The translations under genes and the position numbers were made by a program. From NCBI GenBank assembly GCA_965237675.1, contig OZ250150.1, forward strand, positions 2,592,001 to 2,656,000: 64,000 bases of DNA, read 5' to 3'. This DNA is from Candidatus Latescibacterota bacterium. Lineage in GTDB: Bacteria; Latescibacterota; UBA2968; GCA-2709665. The notes beneath the pieces are model-generated. The model had not been told where the DNA came from. It searched no databases and saw only the letters and a list, made by a program, of their open reading frames with translations. Of this stretch, positions 38,561 through 47,501 are shown piece after piece (the first letter of the stretch is position 1; each line of letters begins with the position of its first letter).

Positions 38561-40263
38561 GCTATGAATTCGCTCTCACAGTAGAATTTGTCACGTTGTA
38601 TTGCGGCACCATTGTAGCGATCGCTCTTTTCTTCGCTATAATAATGGCATGGCACGCGTTTCCGTTATACCGCAGGCTTCGCAACGCGAACAAGGAATTG
38701 AAGGATGTTAACGGAGCACTGGATTTTGTCGCCGCGTTTGAAAGTTACAACAGCCATGTCAAGAAAGCTTTGGGTCTTCCTTGGACGGAGTTCGTGGAGA
38801 CCCTGATTCTTCCTGAACCTGAGTCTGATGACCCAATCCGCAACACCGGTGAAGTGTCACGGTACCTGAACGACGCCACCATTATCTTTCCCAAGATATC
38901 GACCGGTTTCTACCAGGCGGTGCCGAACCTGCTGACGGGAATGGGCATTCTCGGGACCTTTTTCGGCCTCGCAGCGGGCGTCGGATCGGCAAGCTCTGGA
39001 CTGGCCTCCAGCAATCCGGGTGAGATCACGGCGTCCTTACAGCAGCTTCTGGGTGGGGCATCGCTGGCGTTCTGGACGTCTATTGTCGGTATTGTGTGTT
39101 CCATCCTTTTCGTGGTTGTCGAACGCTTTGCCACGCGAAGGCTACATATCGCACTGGACGACTGGGTGGGAGCGATTGAATCACGCTTGGAGCGGGTTAC
39201 GTCGGAGGGTGTTGCGCTACAACAACTCGAGCAGGCGAGGCGTGCGACGACTCAACTCGAACGATTTAACTCCGAGTTGATTTTTTCTCTCGAGAAGGCG
39301 CTTGATGAGAAGATCGCCGGGCGCCTGTCGCCGCAGCTCGAGCAACTGTTGGAAGCGGTCGAAGGACTCCGCGCGGACCGGTCCACTGACAGCGGTCGGA
39401 TGATCAACGATGCGCTCGACAGGTTCACGGCGGCCATGCAAGATCGGGCGGGCTCCCAGTTCGAGGAGATGGCGTCGATCGTCGGTGACTTGAACTGCAC
39501 GCTGCAGGAGACGGTCTCCGGACTGGCTCGGTCGCAGCAGGACGTCCGTACGGCGCTCGATTCGGTCCTTTCAGCGGTCAGTACGTCTATGGATGAAGGC
39601 GCAAGCGCCATGAATGAGACGTTGCAAAAGTCGCTGAGTGACATCACAAGCGCCGTCGCGGCCGCTTCTGAACAAATGGCGGAACGTCTGACCACATCTA
39701 GCGCGACGGCTGCGGCTGAAATGTCGGATACCGTTGGGTTCGTAACTCGATACTTGCAGTCCGCAGCGGAGAGTCTCGATCAGTCCACGCAGCGGAGTGA
39801 ACAGGTCTTGAGCGGCATGATGACGTTCGTTGAAGAACTCAACGAACTACGCAGTACCGTAGAATCGACGCACCAGCAGATTCAGTCTGTGGCGGGACCG
39901 GTCGAACGTGCCGCCCGCGAGATCCGGGAAGCGAGCGACAGGACGGCTGAGACGCTGTCAAGGACGAGCGACTTGGTCGGCCGCGTCGACGAGATTGTAA
40001 ATGCGCTCGAGCAGCACCAGCAGTCGATAGCAGGCGCCTGGACGAGATACCAGGAACGATTCGAAGACATAGACGAGTCACTTGCAGCGGTGTTCCGACA
40101 AATCGACGAAGGCCTGTCGGGGTATTGCGAACAAGTAAAGGAGTTCGCAAACGAACTTGACAAGACGACCTCCGGGACCATCAGAGGTCTGGCTGGGGCC
40201 ACCGCAGAACTCAGCGAGTCCATCGAGGACCTGATCCCGCGTCTCCCGGGATCGTCGCAATGA
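38557..40263 (+). CDS. zorA: Zorya anti-phage protein ZorA (MotA-like channel with long helical tail)
   Basis: Three TM segments including VPNLLTGMGILGTFFGL and AFWTSIVGI; ~370-aa amphipathic helical tail; operon context. Confidence 0.9.
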   Translation: MSYEFALTVEFVTLYCGTIVAIALFFAIIMAWHAFPLYRRLRNANKELKDVNGALDFVAAFESYNSHVKKALGLPWTEFVETLILPEPESDDPIRNTGEVSRYLNDATIIFPKISTGFYQAVPNLLTGMGILGTFFGLAAGVGSASSGLASSNPGEITASLQQLLGGASLAFWTSIVGIVCSILFVVVERFATRRLHIALDDWVGAIESRLERVTSEGVALQQLEQARRATTQLERFNSELIFSLEKALDEKIAGRLSPQLEQLLEAVEGLRADRSTDSGRMINDALDRFTAAMQDRAGSQFEEMASIVGDLNCTLQETVSGLARSQQDVRTALDSVLSAVSTSMDEGASAMNETLQKSLSDITSAVAAASEQMAERLTTSSATAAAEMSDTVGFVTRYLQSAAESLDQSTQRSEQVLSGMMTFVEELNELRSTVESTHQQIQSVAGPVERAAREIREASDRTAETLSRTSDLVGRVDEIVNALEQHQQSIAGAWTRYQERFEDIDESLAAVFRQIDEGLSGYCEQVKEFANELDKTTSGTIRGLAGATAELSESIEDLIPRLPGSSQ

Positions 40264-41141
40264 CAACCGGCTCGAGACCGACGCCGGAGGCGGGCCCAAG
40301 CGGACAGAACTATCTCGCCAGCGTCAGCGACCTCGTTTCCGCGCTCATCTTTGTATTCATCATCATGCTGGCGGTGTTCGCGTACCAACTCGCAAACGTC
40401 ACCGAGGAGCAGGCCAGGGTCACCGAGGAATTGACCGCCGCGGACGAAACGCGCGATCGAATGCTCCGAGACATCAAGAGCCGACTTGAAAAAACTGGCA
40501 TGCGGGTCCAAGTACTGGCCGACCAGGGTGTCCTGCGGCTGTCGGACAACGCTATCAACTTTCCGTCGGGAAGCGAGATTCCCGTCGCCGACCATCGCGT
40601 CAACGTCGGGCGTCTCGCGCAAGCAATTGCCGAGGTCGTGCCTTGCTACATCTCTACCGCGAAGGCCTTCTCGCCGGCGGGTGGTGGTGACGACGGCACG
40701 AGCGCGAAGCACGGCGACGACTCACCCGCGTACTGTCAGCCTCCGGCCGATCCGGCCGCCTACCCATGCAGGAAGCAGGAGTTTCCCTGGCTCCTCGAGA
40801 CCTTGCTGATCGAAGGCCACACAGACGACGTGCCGGTCGCAGCCGGCAACCGCTTCCGAGACAATCTTGAGTTGGCATCGATGCGGGCGGCGACGGTTCT
40901 TCGCATGATTGTCGTTTGCGAACCCGGACTCAAAGGCCTTCTTAACACCGACGACTACCCCATTCTGAGTACCAGCGGGTACGGCTACACCCGGCCCGTG
41001 ACCCTCGACACCGAGCTGGCCGGCGAAAACCGGCGAATCGACCTGCGGTTCCTGCTCGAACCCCCCGAAGGGGCGTTGCACCAAAACGAACCGGAGGTCC
41101 AGACCGACGTCCGCGAACGGTATGATGAGAGGCCGCCTTGA
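40260..41141 (+). CDS. zorB: Zorya protein ZorB (MotB/OmpA-like)
   Basis: TM helix with conserved Asp (SVSDLVSALIFVFII); OmpA-like IEGHTD, NLELASMRA, NRRIDLRF. Confidence 0.9.
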   Translation: MTTGSRPTPEAGPSGQNYLASVSDLVSALIFVFIIMLAVFAYQLANVTEEQARVTEELTAADETRDRMLRDIKSRLEKTGMRVQVLADQGVLRLSDNAINFPSGSEIPVADHRVNVGRLAQAIAEVVPCYISTAKAFSPAGGGDDGTSAKHGDDSPAYCQPPADPAAYPCRKQEFPWLLETLLIEGHTDDVPVAAGNRFRDNLELASMRAATVLRMIVVCEPGLKGLLNTDDYPILSTSGYGYTRPVTLDTELAGENRRIDLRFLLEPPEGALHQNEPEVQTDVRERYDERPP

Positions 41142-42937
41142 ATGCCCCCTCCCTGAAGGAATCGCTGGAGCGCTGGACCCTCCCGCCGAAGCTCCCGCGC
41201 ACTTTCGATCCGCAGAGAACACGGAAAGCAACCTCGGAAGCAGCGAAGACGCTTGGTGACGTCAAGCCGATAAAACCACCGCTCTACGACCTGAAGATTC
41301 TGCATCGCCGAGTCGTGGACTCATGGCGCCGGGACCGCTCTCTCGCGCGGATCGTGCCCCGCGACCTGCGGCGACTGCCGTGGGTCCTGTTCTACCCGCC
41401 ACAGCACAGACGCAACGCTTGGCTGGCCGCGGAACCCCGCATTGTGGAGGCATACGGCCGCTGGCTGCTCGACGGTCGCCGCTCTCGCTCCGTGCTGGCG
41501 CTGCTGCACGAGTTCCTGCGCATCTACCCGACCGACCTGCCAACCTTCGACGATCTGCGCCAGCTGCTGCAGAGGGCCGTCGAAGGCGGTTCTTCGCTGC
41601 CTCCGTCGCTGCTGAAATGGAGACAAAGGTGTCTGGACTCCTGGCTTCTCGAAGAGGCTGGCGATCTATTGTTCGTAGAAAACCTGGTCTCGGCCCACGA
41701 TGCCGTTGACGACATCCTGGACCGGGGCGGATTCGAAGCCGGACTCGCACGGTGCGGTTTCCTGAAATCAGGCATCCGCAAATACTTACCGCGCGCCAAA
41801 CCGATACTGAATCAGAACCGCCTCGACGCCCCGCGCCTCGACCGGTTGCTCACGCTGCTTGAATGTGAGGGCAATCTGCGTTTCGACGACCGGGATATGC
41901 GCACCGAAGTCGCGACGGCTCTGCTCCGACCCTTTGTCGAACGTCCTCCCGAGCCGACGACGAAAGAACGCCTGCAGCCGTTTTTCCTGCGCCACTTCCG
42001 CGATCCTCGTCTGGGATCGGGGAAACACAAGTGGTCAGGTGTTCCCGACGAAATCCGCCGCGTCGTGATCCGGTGGCTCGTCGAACGCGCCCTCGAGCAG
42101 TTTTTCCTGCTCGTCAAGGAGACGGCGCTCGACCGACACTGGCGCTACCGGGAGGCTTTCTGGCGGGCATTCCACCGAGAGGGCCTGATCGATGACATCT
42201 GGTTCGTCCTGGGTCGGCGGGCGAAAGTTTCCCTGCGGCAGATGAATGAGAAGAAAGACGAGACCGAAACGAGCGCCGATCTCCGGGGCGCTCAGGCCGA
42301 CCAGTCGGTACTCCTTCTGCGCATGACCGGGGTGACCATTGCCGAATGGAGCCACAACGGTAGCTGCAGGATGTGGCTTGATGGCAATAGAAACGCACCC
42401 AAGATGTACCAAGGAAAGGTCTATCTCGGTGACGACTTGAGACGCGGTTCGGATTTTTGGCAACGTCATGTAGGAAGCGAGTATGGCCGCTGGCAGGATG
42501 AGATCGCACGATGGTTGCATGACAACACCGGTATGAAGATCGATCGCGCTGAGTACTTTCCGGTCCGCTTGCGTGAACGGCAGACCGGCTACTACCCGTA
42601 CGACAAACCGTCGGCCCGCCGGTCACGACCTCAGGCCGCTCCAAGAAGCAGCCCTGGTTCCCCGTCGCAAACCGACCGGACAGCAACGGTCGCAGCAGCG
42701 TTTCGGGAGTTGCAGAAGGTTCGGAACGCAGTTATGGCCTCCCGAAAGCTTCGGGTGGACCTGCGGGCCTTCATGGATGCGACCTCGCCAGCATGGGCGG
42801 CTTACGTAGCGAAACACGGGGTTCCAGGCTATGGGACGCGCGGGAAAATCGTGCTTGATCGCTTGGACTCGACGATCCGGCATCAGCGTTTCATTCTCGA
42901 AAGAAGTAAGTCGCGGACCTACGGCGTCCGAACATAA
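41138..42937 (+). CDS. zorC: Zorya protein ZorC (EH-signature domain)
   Basis: RHWRYREAFW and IAEWSHNGSCRMW (E..H signature); position between zorB and zorD; TTG start overlaps the zorB stop. Confidence 0.88.
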   Translation: MNAPSLKESLERWTLPPKLPRTFDPQRTRKATSEAAKTLGDVKPIKPPLYDLKILHRRVVDSWRRDRSLARIVPRDLRRLPWVLFYPPQHRRNAWLAAEPRIVEAYGRWLLDGRRSRSVLALLHEFLRIYPTDLPTFDDLRQLLQRAVEGGSSLPPSLLKWRQRCLDSWLLEEAGDLLFVENLVSAHDAVDDILDRGGFEAGLARCGFLKSGIRKYLPRAKPILNQNRLDAPRLDRLLTLLECEGNLRFDDRDMRTEVATALLRPFVERPPEPTTKERLQPFFLRHFRDPRLGSGKHKWSGVPDEIRRVVIRWLVERALEQFFLLVKETALDRHWRYREAFWRAFHREGLIDDIWFVLGRRAKVSLRQMNEKKDETETSADLRGAQADQSVLLLRMTGVTIAEWSHNGSCRMWLDGNRNAPKMYQGKVYLGDDLRRGSDFWQRHVGSEYGRWQDEIARWLHDNTGMKIDRAEYFPVRLRERQTGYYPYDKPSARRSRPQAAPRSSPGSPSQTDRTATVAAAFRELQKVRNAVMASRKLRVDLRAFMDATSPAWAAYVAKHGVPGYGTRGKIVLDRLDSTIRHQRFILERSKSRTYGVRT

Positions 42938-43044
42938 TGTTGTTCCATTCGATCAAGCGCTCGGGACACCGGCCGACTCAAGAAGGGGGTACTTGTAGTC
43001 CAGACCGGTGCGGGCGCATATCCCAATACCATGGAGCATCTCCC

Positions 43045-46000
43045 ATGCCGAACCACTTTGTAACAGATCCGACGTCGGCGGGCTTGATCGTAGGGATGAA
43101 GGGCGATCCTCCGGTCCCGGTGAGCGAGTGGACCGCGCATGCGGTCGGAATGCTCGGCGTCGGCGCCCTCATTCGACTGCGTGACGACGGCGGCGCCATT
43201 GAGTGCGACAACGGTACAACGCTCTGCGTCTACTGGAAAAGCGTCGCCGGACTGACGTCTGACGAACTGCGGTACACCGGTCTTCCAGATGCCGCGCCCT
43301 GCGCGCTCGAGGTTGTGACGAACGGTGCCATTCACGACCCCGATTTCGAAATCCGCTGCGGCTACATTAGGGATGGTCGGCGCGTCCCCGCCGTTCAGCG
43401 CGAGGGGGCTTGGCTGCACGCCGGCGGCGAAGACTTCGTGCTGCTTGATCCTCTGTACTCCATCGCCGAAGCCATAAATCGTTTCAATCGGGCCGAAGAG
43501 ACGGACCTCGAATCGAGGATGCTCCGCTGGGGACAGATCGTGGAGATGCTGCCTGCGGACGCCGTTGTCAGCGATGAAAACCTACGGTCCCTCAAGATTG
43601 CCGTGGCCTCGAGTTTCGAACTCACCCCATTCGTCAATGACGACGGCGAGCCGGACTTCGACCCGGTGGTCGGCCGGCGCGAGACCCATGTCAACGAGGC
43701 GGGTGAGGAGGAACAAGCGTTCGCTGTTGCCTTGCCGCTCGACCGCCAGAAGGAGTTTGCAAGGCGATTTCGCGGCCTGTCCCGCGTAAAGCACCGGTAT
43801 GCGGCCGGTGGCGGCAGCTACGTCGTGCTGACGCCGGAGATCGAACGGGCTCTCGCCGTGGTACGGCGCGCTCAGGCCGGGAGCTCCGATGAGCGCCGTG
43901 ACTTCCTGCGGAACGTCAGCGGGTACCTGCGCGGAGCATTCGATGACGACGGCACCGACGCGGTCGAACTCGACAGCATCTTCAGCGACGAGGGCTTAAG
44001 CGAACGGGTCAAGGGCGTCGGCATCTGGGTCGACAAGGTACTCCTCTGGATCAAGCTGGCGAAGGCACCGTGGTTGCCGCCCGAGGAATTCGGGATTCTC
44101 ATCGACGGACGGCGCGTGGTCATCCCACCTGAAGGACTGGAAGATGTATACGATCGACTCAAGAAAGCGATCGAGTGCGGCGAACCGACCGTTCAGGTCA
44201 GGATCGGTAACGAGCCCATCGAAATCCCTGCGGACCAGACCACCCTCGGCGCGCTTGAGGAATTGCGCTCTCGGTTAGATCGGAAGCCGAAACGCGATCA
44301 GACAGACCGCGATGTACCGGTGGAACCCGAAGAGTCCGATCAGGTCCTGGAGGTCATCGACAACCTGGATGAAATCCGGTTCCGCCGCGAACGCAGGCCA
44401 TGCAGGCCCGGCATCTCGACCGTCGCCCCCGCCTTGCAGACCGAACTTCTGCCGCACCAACAGAAAGGCCTCGAATGGCTCCAACGGCACTGGGAGGTCG
44501 GCAACTGGGGCGCTCTGCTCGCCGACGATATGGGCCTCGGCAAGACGCTCGAAGCGCTGGCCTTTCTCTTCTCCCTGAAGAGGCACGCCGAAACCTTGGG
44601 GCTCCAACACCGACCTATCCTTGTCGTCGCTCCGACGGGCCTGCTCCGGAACTGGAAGGACGAACACGACAAGCATCTGTCCGGCGCCGGACTCGGCCGC
44701 GTCGTCGAAGCGCACGGCATTGCCTTGCGTGCTCTCAGAAAGGGCACGACCGGACGCGGCGGGGAACTCGCCGATGGACAACCGCTGCTGGACCTCCAGC
44801 CCCTGAAGGCCGCCGACTGGGTGCTGACCACCTATGAGACCCTTCGAGACTATCAGCACAGCTTCGGCCGCGTACGCTGGCGCGCGGGCGTCTTCGACGA
44901 AGCTCAAAAGATCAAGAATCCGGGTGCCCGCCTCACTGATGCGGCGCTCGCCATGAACGTCGATTTCGCCCTGTTGTTGACCGGCACCCCGGTGGAAAAT
45001 CGCCCAGGGGACATCTGGTCGATGCTCGACCGGGCCGAGCCGGGGATGTTCGGGCCCCTGAGGGAATTCAGCCAGCGGTACGAAGCGGGCGGCGTGGACG
45101 GAGCCTCGGCGCTTGCGGAGTTGCATGATCGGCTGACGGCCGAGTCCGACGCACCGGCGCTGATGCTGCGGCGGCTCAAGGAGGACCATATCCCGGAACT
45201 GCCGGAGAAGGATGTGCACAGGCGCGTCGTGGAGATGCCGAAAGAGCAGGCCGAAGCGTACGCGGAGTTCGTGATGAACGGCGGTCCAAGCGGCAACATA
45301 CTCCAGACGCTCCATCACCTTCGAAGCATTTCGCTACACCCGGCGGCTCCCGGCGAGTTTGACATCGACAAGTACATCCAGGCTTCGGCGCGGCTGTCCG
45401 AGGCGTTCCGGATTCTGGATCAGATCGAAGACATCGGACAGAAAGCGCTGCTCTTCGTAGAGGCGCGCTGGATGCAGGACTTCCTGGTGGGGGCGCTGAG
45501 ACGCCGTTTTTCATTGTCTGAGGACGTGCTTGTCATCAACGGGACGGTAGCCGGCAGGATCCGTAAAGCGCGGGTCGATACGTTCCAGGAACGGACCGGG
45601 TTCGACGTAATGATTCTGTCGCCCCGCGCCGGCGGTGTCGGCCTGACGCTGACGGCAGCAAACCATGTTATTCACCTCTCGCGCTGGTGGAACCCGGCGG
45701 TCGAGGATCAGTGTACCGACAGGGTCTTTCGTATCGGCCAGCGGCGTACGGTGCACGTGTACCTGCCCATCGCGCGTCACCCGGAATTCGGAGACTACAG
45801 CTTCGACATAAAGCTCGACAGCTTGATGGAGGGAAAGCGGGAGATGAACCGTCGCGTGCTCGCGCCGACCGCCGCGACGAAAGAGGACGTGAGTAACCTC
45901 TATCAAACCACCATGACGGAAGCGCGAGATAGCGCCTCGGGACCGCCCCATCCAGTAGACCGGACCAATATCGACCAATTGGAGCCTGAAGCCTTCGAAG

Positions 46001-46353
46001 CGTGGGTGCTGCGACAGCTTCAAATCGCTGGTTATGACACGAGACGCACCCCTCGGAGTCGTGATTGTGGAGCTGACGGGCTGGCGGTTTCCTGTGCTGG
46101 CGGGGATCAGCACACCATCGTGGTTCAGTGCAAACACACCCAGCAGCAGGACGCCAAGTGCGGTCCCAAGGCGGTTGAGGAGGTGTTGCATTCACTTCCC
46201 GCGTACGAAGAGGCGATTCGAGGTGACGTACGACCGATGGTCGTGACGAACGGCGCTGGCTTCACGGCTGCGGCGAAACGCCTAGCGGCCGTGAATTGTG
46301 TGCGGCTGGTGGATCGCAACAATCTGTCACGACTTCGATTTGAAGGGAACTAA
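43045..46353 (+). CDS. zorD: Zorya protein ZorD (SNF2 helicase with C-terminal Mrr-like nuclease)
   Basis: LADDMGLGKT, FDEAQKIKN, TGTPVEN, GGVGLTLTAANHV, WWNPAVEDQCTDRVFRIGQ; Mrr motif FE...DCGADG...VQCK. GGAG SD before ATG 43045; alternative start 42937. Confidence 0.9.
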   Translation: MPNHFVTDPTSAGLIVGMKGDPPVPVSEWTAHAVGMLGVGALIRLRDDGGAIECDNGTTLCVYWKSVAGLTSDELRYTGLPDAAPCALEVVTNGAIHDPDFEIRCGYIRDGRRVPAVQREGAWLHAGGEDFVLLDPLYSIAEAINRFNRAEETDLESRMLRWGQIVEMLPADAVVSDENLRSLKIAVASSFELTPFVNDDGEPDFDPVVGRRETHVNEAGEEEQAFAVALPLDRQKEFARRFRGLSRVKHRYAAGGGSYVVLTPEIERALAVVRRAQAGSSDERRDFLRNVSGYLRGAFDDDGTDAVELDSIFSDEGLSERVKGVGIWVDKVLLWIKLAKAPWLPPEEFGILIDGRRVVIPPEGLEDVYDRLKKAIECGEPTVQVRIGNEPIEIPADQTTLGALEELRSRLDRKPKRDQTDRDVPVEPEESDQVLEVIDNLDEIRFRRERRPCRPGISTVAPALQTELLPHQQKGLEWLQRHWEVGNWGALLADDMGLGKTLEALAFLFSLKRHAETLGLQHRPILVVAPTGLLRNWKDEHDKHLSGAGLGRVVEAHGIALRALRKGTTGRGGELADGQPLLDLQPLKAADWVLTTYETLRDYQHSFGRVRWRAGVFDEAQKIKNPGARLTDAALAMNVDFALLLTGTPVENRPGDIWSMLDRAEPGMFGPLREFSQRYEAGGVDGASALAELHDRLTAESDAPALMLRRLKEDHIPELPEKDVHRRVVEMPKEQAEAYAEFVMNGGPSGNILQTLHHLRSISLHPAAPGEFDIDKYIQASARLSEAFRILDQIEDIGQKALLFVEARWMQDFLVGALRRRFSLSEDVLVINGTVAGRIRKARVDTFQERTGFDVMILSPRAGGVGLTLTAANHVIHLSRWWNPAVEDQCTDRVFRIGQRRTVHVYLPIARHPEFGDYSFDIKLDSLMEGKREMNRRVLAPTAATKEDVSNLYQTTMTEARDSASGPPHPVDRTNIDQLEPEAFEAWVLRQLQIAGYDTRRTPRSRDCGADGLAVSCAGGDQHTIVVQCKHTQQQDAKCGPKAVEEVLHSLPAYEEAIRGDVRPMVVTNGAGFTAAAKRLAAVNCVRLVDRNNLSRLRFEGN

Positions 46354-46401
46354 GCGATCGACCGGAACGGCTCTCCGTGTTCCTTATCGAAGGAGTGAAA
46401 C

Positions 46402-46674
46402 ATGCACAAGATTAATCTCCACGAAGCGAAGGACAGTCTCGCGTCACTAGTTAAAGAAGTATTCGATGGAGAGGAAGTGATTATTACCGAAAAAAGCGGT
46501 CTGGCATTTAAACTCGTTCTAATGGAAAAGGCACCCGGTTCGTCTGGCTTCAATCAAGGCAAGCTCTTCAATCCCGAAGGCTTGTGGGAACAGGCGAAGC
46601 CGATAACCTCTGAAGACATTGCTGAAGTGCGAAACGAAATGTGGCGGAAGTTTGATCAAACGGATAAAACATGA
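46402..46674 (+). CDS. Phd/YefM-family antitoxin
   Basis: INLHEAKDSLASLVKEVFDGEEVIIT; AAGGAG SD; overlaps the PIN gene (ATGA). Confidence 0.8.
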   Translation: MHKINLHEAKDSLASLVKEVFDGEEVIITEKSGLAFKLVLMEKAPGSSGFNQGKLFNPEGLWEQAKPITSEDIAEVRNEMWRKFDQTDKT

Positions 46675-47067
46675 CGTCTCTGGTTTTGAATACGCATTCA
46701 TTTGTCTGGTTCCTGGCGCGTTCATCAGACTTATCATCTGTTGCTCGTCAGACCATTCGAGATGCAATTTCAGCAGGGTCTCCAGTCTATGTGTCATCAG
46801 TAACAATTGTCGAGGTTATATACTTGACGGAAAAAAAACGACTGTCCCGACGAAATTTGATTGACTTGAAAGCTACATTGCATCGATTCGGGATTCAGAG
46901 TTGCTCCTTTTGATCTCGCCATTGCAGAACAACTGGAAAATATCCCTCGTGATCGAATACCCAATATGCCGGATCGTATGATTGCGGCAACAGCACAGTA
47001 CCTCGGTCTCCCTTTAGTCACGACGGATTATCAGATACGACAATCAGAAGTTGAAACCATTTGGTGA
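46671..47067 (+). pseudogene. vapC: VapC/PIN toxin, frameshifted
   Basis: One frame gives VLNTHSFVW...SSVTIVEV; the next frame, after ~46880, gives MPDRMIAATAQYLGLPLVTTDYQIRQSEVETIW*. The first catalytic Asp appears as Asn. Confidence 0.85.
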
Positions 47068-47501
47068 ATTTACGATGTGGAGATGTCAAACCTGTTCCGA
47101 ATGAGTCCATCAGAATCGTCACAGCCCAACTGTCAGAATCCACCGATGGGTATTCGGTTTACTTCGCCATTGGACAACCTTTCGTCAACTGAATGCGCTG
47201 CTGATCTGCCGCCGTAAGCGATTGATGCGCAAACGCAATGGTCGTAGCTCAAGGATTTGCTCGAAGATGGATAAGCGGAAAAAAGGGCCTTCTGGTATCG
47301 GTATGACATCGTCTACCGGATCGGAATTTCACTGCTTTATAGTCGCGCCAGGGCCCATGTTGGGAATGCCTCGATCCTGGCCATTTACTGGGTTGGATCC
47401 AGCAAGAGCCAGGACAATAACGCATATCCCCGCTGTTTGAAGTCAGGAAACGCGTCGGTTCTGGGCCTTTCATCACGGAAATCTCACCAGGGAGTACGCA
47501 A

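Noticed and set aside
38557-41141. Flagellar MotAB or ExbBD/TolQR interpretation
   Set aside because: The long cytoplasmic tail and the downstream EH-signature and SNF2-Mrr genes indicate Zorya; no flagellar genes are nearby.
46829-46840. Programmed slippage at the A-run restoring VapC
   Set aside because: The frame holding the VapC C-terminus has stops at 46858 and 46867, after the run.
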